From assembly GCA_964631255.1 (NCBI GenBank), contig CAZVWS010000004.1, positions 35,806 to 99,805 of the forward strand: 64,000 bases of DNA, in the 5' to 3' direction. The DNA is from an uncultured Dysgonomonadaceae bacterium (lineage in GTDB: Bacteria; Bacteroidota; Bacteroidia; Bacteroidales; Dysgonomonadaceae). The translations under genes and the position numbers were made by a program. Within the stretch, counting starts at the first letter, position 1; every line of letters starts with the position of its first letter. This document shows, one piece after another, positions 58,148 through 64,000 of this stretch. The notes beneath the pieces were generated by a model. It was not told the DNA's origin. It saw only the letters and a list, made by a program, of their open reading frames with translations, and ran no database searches.

Positions 58148-58216
58148 AGTCCTAAGTTGTTCAACGAAAGGTTATAAAGTCCAACAGTCTTGATTCTTGG
58201 CTCAAAAAAATAAACA
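58148..58216 (+). repeat. Conserved intergenic element, copy A (core GTCTTGATTCTTGGCTCAAAAA at 58187-58208)
   Basis: Shares AACGAAAGG...AAAGTC...GTCTTGATTCTTGGCTCAAAAA...AATAAACAG with 62180-62265. The 22-nt core is identical. Confidence 0.75.
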
Positions 58217-58217
58217 G

Positions 58218-59843
58218 GTGAAAAAAAAGATATTTGCTCCAATAAAACAGATAAGCACGCTCTTGATGGGTGTGCTTTTTGTGCTTATAATGGCAGCAAA
58301 TACGCAACAACCACCCAACACAAATCCCGAAACAGACAACACGAAAATAATATCGCTCATCCAAGCAGATGAGTTGCAAGGCATTAAATCGGAAGATGCA
58401 CAGATACTTAGAGGAAACGTGGTGCTTTACCACCAAGGAGCACACATGTATTGCGACAGCGCGTATCGCTATATGTCTCAAAACTCGTTCGAGGCATTTG
58501 GCAATGTGCGCATGGAACAAGGCGATTCCATCTTTGTTTACGGTGACTATCTCTATTACGACGGCAATACCCGATTGGCACAATTGCGCAACAATATCCG
58601 CATGGAAGACCGCCACTCCACCCTATTTACAGACAGCCTCAACTACGACCGAATAACCAATATCGGCTACTACTTCGAGGGCGGCATGATTGTGGACGAC
58701 CGCAACGAACTGACCTCTTTTTGGGGACAATACAGTCCCGATACCAAAGACGCGCTTTTTAGCGATAGTGTGAAACTCATCAACGAGCAGTACACCATCT
58801 ATGCCGATACGCTCAAATACAATACCGAATCGCAAATTGCCAATATCTTGGGACCATCCACCATTGACTCCGACAGCGGATACATAGAAACCACAAACGG
58901 CTGGTACAATACCGTTACCGACGATGCCCACCTGTTTGAACGCTCGCGTATTTACAGCAAAGACAAAACAAAAATTCTGACCGGCGACACTATTATCTAC
59001 AACCGACAATCGGGCGACGGCGAAGCATTTGGCGATATTCATCTCGAAGATTTGGTGCGAAAAGCCATCTTGAAAGGAAACTACGCCTTTTACAACGAAA
59101 AACAAGAGGCAGGAATGGCAACAGATAGTGCCTACGTGATAGAATATTCGCAAAAAGACAGCCTATTCCTACATGGCGATACGATTCGGCTTCAGCCCGA
59201 TTCGATATACAAAAACATCCTTGCACTTCACAACGTTCGTTTTTATAGAAGCGACATACAAGGTATTTGCGAGTTCATGAGCTACGTGCAAAGAGACTCG
59301 GTGCTTTATATGAATGAAAATCCGGTAATTTGGAACAATAGCAACCAGATTTTGGGCAATATTATCGAAATTCACATGAACGACAGCACCGTAGACAAGG
59401 CTCTGGTAAAAGATTACGCCCTTGCCATACAAAACAAAGAGACCGATGACCAATACAACCAGATAAGCGGCAAGCAACTCACTGCCTATTTTCAGAACAA
59501 CGAGCTCCGATATGTTCTGGTAGAAGGCGATGCCGAGTCGCTCTATTATCTGCAAGAAGAAGACAAAACCATGATTGGGCTAAACCGAACGCAAAGTGCC
59601 TATCTCTCAATGGATATTCTGGACGACGAGATTCAGAAATTGAAATTGTGGCCGGCAACCTCTGCCTCCACAACACCCTTGTCGAAACTGAAACCGGGCG
59701 AATCGAAACTGAAAGGTTTCGTATGGCTGCAATATTTGAGACCTCTGAATAAAAATGATATTTTTCGCTCCAACAGTCGCAAAGCAGACGATACCGCTAC
59801 ACCACCGCCACGAAAATTCTCGAGAGAAGACGCCGAGGAATAA
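58218..59843 (+). CDS. OstA-like (LptD N-terminal domain family) envelope protein
   Basis: The OstA_N-like repeats include LRGNVVLYHQGAHMYCDSAYRY...AFGNVRMEQGD. Start set to GTG 58218 (VKKKIFAP...), because the ORF-track TTG at 58197 lies inside the repeated intergenic element. Start is uncertain. Confidence 0.75.
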   Translation: MKKKIFAPIKQISTLLMGVLFVLIMAANTQQPPNTNPETDNTKIISLIQADELQGIKSEDAQILRGNVVLYHQGAHMYCDSAYRYMSQNSFEAFGNVRMEQGDSIFVYGDYLYYDGNTRLAQLRNNIRMEDRHSTLFTDSLNYDRITNIGYYFEGGMIVDDRNELTSFWGQYSPDTKDALFSDSVKLINEQYTIYADTLKYNTESQIANILGPSTIDSDSGYIETTNGWYNTVTDDAHLFERSRIYSKDKTKILTGDTIIYNRQSGDGEAFGDIHLEDLVRKAILKGNYAFYNEKQEAGMATDSAYVIEYSQKDSLFLHGDTIRLQPDSIYKNILALHNVRFYRSDIQGICEFMSYVQRDSVLYMNENPVIWNNSNQILGNIIEIHMNDSTVDKALVKDYALAIQNKETDDQYNQISGKQLTAYFQNNELRYVLVEGDAESLYYLQEEDKTMIGLNRTQSAYLSMDILDDEIQKLKLWPATSASTTPLSKLKPGESKLKGFVWLQYLRPLNKNDIFRSNSRKADDTATPPPRKFSREDAEE

Positions 59844-59871
59844 ATATTTTTGTAAATAGCGATATTATTTT

Positions 59872-59879
59872 TACATTTG
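59872..59879 (+). promoter_or_regulatory. Candidate -7 promoter element (TACATTTG) upstream of the small membrane protein and mutL
   Basis: TAnnTTTG match about 100 nt upstream of ATG 59982. Confidence 0.35.
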
Positions 59880-59981
59880 TAATCGGTGCTTGTGCAATTG
59901 AGCCAAAACCGATAACTTCGGACAAGACGTAACCGGCTCTATTAAAAATAATTATTCATTCTTTTTAATTTTATAACAAAT

Positions 59982-60311
59982 ATGGGAGCATTCTTTTTTT
60001 ACAACAACCGCAAACCTCGAAAATTCAACCATTCGCCCATTCTTTATAATGTGGAGGAAGAGCAGCGAAAAGCACGTCTGGAAAACAGAATCAGAGAGAT
60101 TAAAAAAGAGATGAATGTAGAGGTAGAACCGGAACCTGCATCCGGGAAAAAAACAAATTTTCAGGAAGCATTTCTATCGGAAACCAAACACCTGAAAAAA
60201 AGAAAGGCGCGCGAAGCAGATGACGACAAACCATTTTTTACCAACAACACAACGCTCGTAATCATTATATTGGCGTTGGGAGTACTTTTTTATATCTTTT
60301 TCTTGAGATAA
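59982..60311 (+). CDS. Small hypothetical protein with C-terminal TM helix
   Basis: 109 aa, charged N-terminal part, TM helix LVIIILALGVLFYIFFL. Ends 3 nt before mutL. Confidence 0.55.
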   Translation: MGAFFFYNNRKPRKFNHSPILYNVEEEQRKARLENRIREIKKEMNVEVEPEPASGKKTNFQEAFLSETKHLKKRKAREADDDKPFFTNNTTLVIIILALGVLFYIFFLR

Positions 60312-60314
60312 AAC

Positions 60315-62129
60315 ATGACAGATATTATCCAACTATTGCCCGATTCTATTGCCAACCAAATTGCTGCCGGCGAAGTCATCCAAAGACCTGCGTCGGTAGT
60401 AAAAGAATTGGTAGAAAACGCCATCGATGCCGGAGCTACAAATATACAAATTGTAATAAAAGATGCCGGACGAACACTCATTCAAATCATAGACAACGGC
60501 AAAGGGATGAGCGCCACCGACGCCCGACTGGCATTTGAACGACACGCCACATCAAAAATAAAAACAGCCGACGACCTTTTTAGCCTGCACACCATGGGTT
60601 TTAGAGGCGAGGCCTTGGCATCCATAGCGGCAATTGCACATGTGGAACTAAAAACCCGACAACCCGACGAAGAAATTGGCACATACTTAGAAATAAAAGG
60701 CTCGCGATTGGAGAAACAAGAAATTACAACTTGCGCCGCCGGAACCAATATTTCGGTAAAAAATATCTTTTTTAATGTGCCGGCACGACGTAAATTTCTG
60801 AAATCGAACGAAGTAGAACGACGCAATATTTTTGTGGAGATAGAGAGAATAGCACTGGTAAATCCTGAAATTGAATTTTCGCTCACCGAAAATGAGGTGC
60901 AAACACTTCTGTTGCCTATCTCAAATTTGCGACAACGAATCGTACATTTGGAAGGGAAAAATATAAACCAACAACTGATTGAAATTGAAGAAGAAACAAG
61001 CTTGGCAAAAATTTTTGGTTACGTAGCCAATCCACAATATGCCAAAAAAGGCAGGGCTAAACAGTTTTTCTTTGTCAACAACCGCTACATCCGCCATCCC
61101 TATTTTCACAAGGCACTCATGACGGCATACGAACCACTGTTGTCGGCAAACGAAAACCCAAACTATTTCATCTACTTCCAAGTAAATCCCGATGCCATAG
61201 ATGTGAATATACATCCCACTAAAACAGAGGTAAAATTTGAGAATGAACAATCTTTGTGGCAAATTCTGATGGTAACCATCAAAGAGGCATTGGGCAGATT
61301 CAACGCCATACCGAGCATCGATTTTGATACCGCCGACGCACCCGAAATACCCATCTTCGACCCAACAAAATCACCCTCGATGCCAAAAGTAAGTCTCAAT
61401 CCCAATTACAACCCTTTTGGCAACAGTTTCAAGAAAGAGAAGCCCACGTTTGATTGGGAAACACTTTACAAAGGATTTGAAAAAGAAAAAGAGAGCCAAA
61501 TAGTATCGCCACAAACAGAAAACGAGCTGTTTACCGACTCCGACACATCCAAAAACGCGCTACGTACCGCACCCGAACATTACCAATATAAAAACAAATA
61601 CATACTCACTTCCGTGAAATCGGGTTTAATGCTTATCGACCAACGTCGGGCGCATATCCGCATCCTTTTCGAGCGATTTATCCAAAGGGTGCAAGACAGA
61701 AAAGGAGCTTCGCAACGACTGTTGTTTCCCGAAATTATGGAATTCAACAACAGCGAAGCACTTGCCTTGCAAGAAATATCGGACGACTTAGAAGCTTTGG
61801 GTTTTGAAATAAACAACATGGGAAACAACGCGTTTGCCGTGCACGCCATGCCTTCCGAAATAGGTAATTTGCATCCGGCATCACTAATAAAAAGTCTGAT
61901 TGACAACAGCATAGATACCGGTCTGGATGTAAAATCAGAAATCAGGGAAAAATTGGCGTTGTCCATGGCAAATTTCGCGGCCATTCCATCGGGGAAATCG
62001 CTATCGGAAGAAGAGATGCTCCTGTTGGTGAGCCAACTGCTTGCTTGCAAAATACCCAATCACACTCCCGACGGAAAAACAATTATCTCTGTTATTCCGG
62101 ACGAGGAGATGGATAAAAGAATGAAATAA
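60315..62129 (+). CDS. mutL: DNA mismatch repair protein MutL
   Basis: GHKL ATPase motifs ANQIAAGEVIQRPASVVKELVENAIDAG, DNGKGM and GFRGEAL. Confidence 0.95.
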   Translation: MTDIIQLLPDSIANQIAAGEVIQRPASVVKELVENAIDAGATNIQIVIKDAGRTLIQIIDNGKGMSATDARLAFERHATSKIKTADDLFSLHTMGFRGEALASIAAIAHVELKTRQPDEEIGTYLEIKGSRLEKQEITTCAAGTNISVKNIFFNVPARRKFLKSNEVERRNIFVEIERIALVNPEIEFSLTENEVQTLLLPISNLRQRIVHLEGKNINQQLIEIEEETSLAKIFGYVANPQYAKKGRAKQFFFVNNRYIRHPYFHKALMTAYEPLLSANENPNYFIYFQVNPDAIDVNIHPTKTEVKFENEQSLWQILMVTIKEALGRFNAIPSIDFDTADAPEIPIFDPTKSPSMPKVSLNPNYNPFGNSFKKEKPTFDWETLYKGFEKEKESQIVSPQTENELFTDSDTSKNALRTAPEHYQYKNKYILTSVKSGLMLIDQRRAHIRILFERFIQRVQDRKGASQRLLFPEIMEFNNSEALALQEISDDLEALGFEINNMGNNAFAVHAMPSEIGNLHPASLIKSLIDNSIDTGLDVKSEIREKLALSMANFAAIPSGKSLSEEEMLLLVSQLLACKIPNHTPDGKTIISVIPDEEMDKRMK

Positions 62130-62179
62130 CAATTTCAACACAGAAAAAATATAATTGTAGTCCGAAGACGGATGTCCGA

Positions 62180-62265
62180 AGTCTAAAACTGGTTAACGAA
62201 AGGATATATAGGTATATCAATAAAGTCTACTGGTCTTGATTCTTGGCTCAAAAATAATAAACAGA
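62180..62265 (+). repeat. Conserved intergenic element, copy B (core at 62233-62254)
   Basis: See copy A. It lies just upstream of the lipoprotein gene start at 62293. Confidence 0.75.
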
Positions 62266-62292
62266 TAAAATTAAGAAAAAACAAATCTCGGT

Positions 62293-62739
62293 ATGAAAAT
62301 CATAAAATGCACATTTCTGATGCTGTCGCTTCTGATGCTGTTTTCTTGCGTCAAAGAAGAAGAAATTTACACCATACCTTACGCATCGGTCTATTTCAAG
62401 GTGGATATCAACGGACTGGATTCCGATTTAACGCACTTCAGTTATAAAACTTTTACCGAAGGAAGAACCATCGGTGAATCTACCGGGTTTGGCGGTTTGC
62501 TTGTTTTTAGAAACAGCGAAGGAAATATATTTGCTTTCGACCTCTGCTGCCCGCACGAACGTGCCAAAGATATCCGGGTTGTTCCCTCGGACGTGGGCGA
62601 AGCAATTTGCCCTACCTGCCATAGAAAGTATGTTTTTTGGACAGGCACCGGGCATTGCGAGCAGGGAGGCGCATCGCTACAAAAATATGCCGTTTACGGC
62701 AGCACCTATCCCGGAGTTTTTCATATCAGAAACAGATAA
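62293..62739 (+). CDS. Lipoprotein with CPH...CPTCH Cys/His motif (Rieske-like or CxxCH-like)
   Basis: Lipobox LLMLFSC. LCCPHE, then 17 residues, then CPTCH. Confidence 0.65.
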   Translation: MKIIKCTFLMLSLLMLFSCVKEEEIYTIPYASVYFKVDINGLDSDLTHFSYKTFTEGRTIGESTGFGGLLVFRNSEGNIFAFDLCCPHERAKDIRVVPSDVGEAICPTCHRKYVFWTGTGHCEQGGASLQKYAVYGSTYPGVFHIRNR

Positions 62740-62752
62740 AAATTGAACCAAC

Positions 62753-62794
62753 AAAAAAGCACCACCGACAGACAAAATCGAGTGGTGCTTTTTT
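62753..62794 (+). terminator. Rho-independent (bidirectional-looking) terminator
   Basis: A-run, stem GCACCAC (62759-62765) pairing with GTGGTGC (62782-62788), then TTTTTT. Confidence 0.65.
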
Positions 62795-62880
62795 AGTAGC
62801 CCATTTGTTAAGTAAGAAAAGTGAATCACGTAATTCCTCAACTTATGCTGAAAAAACAAGCAGGAGGTTCTATACTGTTC

Positions 62881-63149
62881 CGTTGGGGTTATATAACCCC
62901 GTCGTTGGGGTTGTGAACCTCGTCGTTGAGGTTGTATAACCCCATCGTTGAGGTCGAGAACCTCGTCGTTGAGGTTAGGAACCCCATTGTTTAGGTTACA
63001 TAACCTCATCGTTGGGGTTGCGAACCCCAACGCTTCTATCCGGAACCCCAACCGGGGAGTTTTCAACCCCAACGGGAGCATAAATAACCGCGTGAGGAGG
63101 ACAAACAACCCCATCGTTGCCATAAACAACCCTAACCGCGGGCTATTGC
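62881..63149. repeat. Tandem array of about 12 units of a 21-22 nt repeat (consensus AACCYCRTCGTTGRGGTTnnn), each with an internal palindrome
   Basis: Units start at 62895, 62916, 62938, 62959, 62980, 63002, 63023, 63044, 63065, 63086, 63107 and 63128. The first six are well conserved and the last six are degenerate. Confidence 0.85.
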
Positions 63150-63334
63150 ACCTCTTCGGCGGGATAATACTGCCGTAATTGTAAAGTTTGTGAATGCGTA
63201 CATCCTTAAAAAAATTGATAAAAAAGAGGTCCGATTCACTCAGGCTAAAATAATAAACCAAGAAACCGTTTTTCTTCTGTATTGGGGGATAAATCCAAAC
63301 ATAAATTGTATTTTTGCACTCTAATAGATTTTGA

Positions 63335-64000
63335 ATGAAAGACTTTGTAACAAACGAAATAAAAAATGCAAACGCTATCTTGGTTGGTCTGATAACCCCC
63401 GACCAAAACGAAGAGCGTGTGAATGAATACTTAGACGAATTGGCTTTTTTGGCCGAAACGGCGGGACTAATCCCCACCAAACGATTTGTACAGCGACTGG
63501 AAATGCCCAATTCGGTTACCTTTGTTGGAACGGGCAAGCTACAGGAAATAAGAGATTTTGTGAAAGACGAAGAGAACGAAGTGGGGGTGGTAATCTTCGA
63601 CGACGAGCTATCGGCAAAGCAGATTAGAAATATAGAGAAAACGGTAGAAATCAGAATCCTGGATCGCACAAGCCTCATCCTGGATATTTTTGCCATGCGT
63701 GCCCAAACCTCACACGCCAAAGCCCAGGTAGAACTTGCCCAATACCAATATCTATTGCCCCGACTAACGCGTTTGTGGACACACTTGGAGCGCCAACGAG
63801 GCGGGGGAGGCGTTATTATGCGTGGTCCGGGAGAAACACAGTTAGAAACCGACCGACGCATCATTTTAGATAAAATATCGCGCCTCAAGCAAGAACTCAT
63901 AGATATTGACAAACAGAAAACCGTGCAACGCAAAAATCGGGGCAAAATGGTGCGTGTGGCACTCGTGGGCTATACCAACGTGGGCAAATCTACACTGATG
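63335..64000 (+). CDS. hflX: GTPase HflX (N-terminal part; continues beyond the window)
   Basis: Manual translation from ATG 63335 gives MKDFVTNEIKNANAILVGL...RTSLILDIFAMRAQTSHAKAQVELAQYQYLLPRL...GPGETQLETDRR...VALVGYTNVGKSTLM (HflX N-domain plus G1 motif). Confidence 0.9.
   Translation, partial: MKDFVTNEIKNANAILVGLITPDQNEERVNEYLDELAFLAETAGLIPTKRFVQRLEMPNSVTFVGTGKLQEIRDFVKDEENEVGVVIFDDELSAKQIRNIEKTVEIRILDRTSLILDIFAMRAQTSHAKAQVELAQYQYLLPRLTRLWTHLERQRGGGGVIMRGPGETQLETDRRIILDKISRLKQELIDIDKQKTVQRKNRGKMVRVALVGYTNVGKSTLM

Noticed and set aside
62881-63149. Possible CRISPR array
   Set aside because: The repeats are directly adjacent, with a 21-22 nt period and no unique spacers. They degenerate along the array, and no cas genes are present.
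62677-63945. 422-aa minus-strand ORF, the longest unexplained ORF near the right end
   Set aside because: It is antisense to a clearly recognisable hflX (G1 motif, HflX N-domain). It then runs through the 21-nt repeat array, where the repeat simply lacks stops in that frame. The product is low-complexity and has no domain signatures.

Overview
64 kb chromosomal segment that looks like Bacteroidota, probably Bacteroidales-like. The taxon call rests on recurrent TAnnTTTG -7 promoter motifs, a GLPGLI family protein, CarboxypepD_reg outer-membrane proteins, a long eukaryote-like IleRS and a flexirubin-type pigment cluster. Layout: (1) 1-14397, minus strand: a tightly coupled aryl-polyene/flexirubin-type type II PKS cluster (glycosyltransferase, dehydratases, LolA-like proteins, deacetylase, several ketosynthases, two ACPs, thioesterase, methyltransferase, acyltransferase, FabG-like reductase, MIO ammonia-lyase). 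(2) 14.5-32.7 kb: housekeeping genes (upp, recF, guaB, PPIase, ileS, dksA-like, lspA, ppdK). (3) 32.8-34.7 kb: ECF sigma / anti-sigma-like / Spy-like / secreted repeat protein. (4) 34.8-41.6 kb: an unusual overlapping six-gene operon (PqqD-like, ATP-grasp, Orn/DAP-type decarboxylase, urea-transporter-like::M23 peptidase fusion, OM beta-barrel, TPR). (5) 41.6-43.3 kb: SMR pump and a signal-peptide-less papain-like peptidase with a chagasin-like inhibitor. (6) A 1.2 kb ORF-free AT-rich spacer carrying an 18-bp inverted repeat pair, followed by the most interesting locus (44479-52991). That locus is a co-directional operon of seven diverged paralogs of one split-core protein family (I recall it as DUF2589-like, unverified), with variable linkers and swapped C-terminal modules (LRR-like, Big_2), plus a zinc-ribbon protein and a DxD protein. 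There are no signal peptides and no phage or mobile-element genes. (7) 53-64 kb: an outer-membrane receptor broken by one in-frame stop, GLPGLI protein, SurA-like PPIase, OstA-like protein, mutL, a lipoprotein, a 21-nt tandem hairpin repeat array, and the 5' part of hflX. I recognised no rRNA, tRNA, CRISPR array, transposase or integrase. The ORF track uses alternative start codons shown as M, so several starts were re-set by hand.
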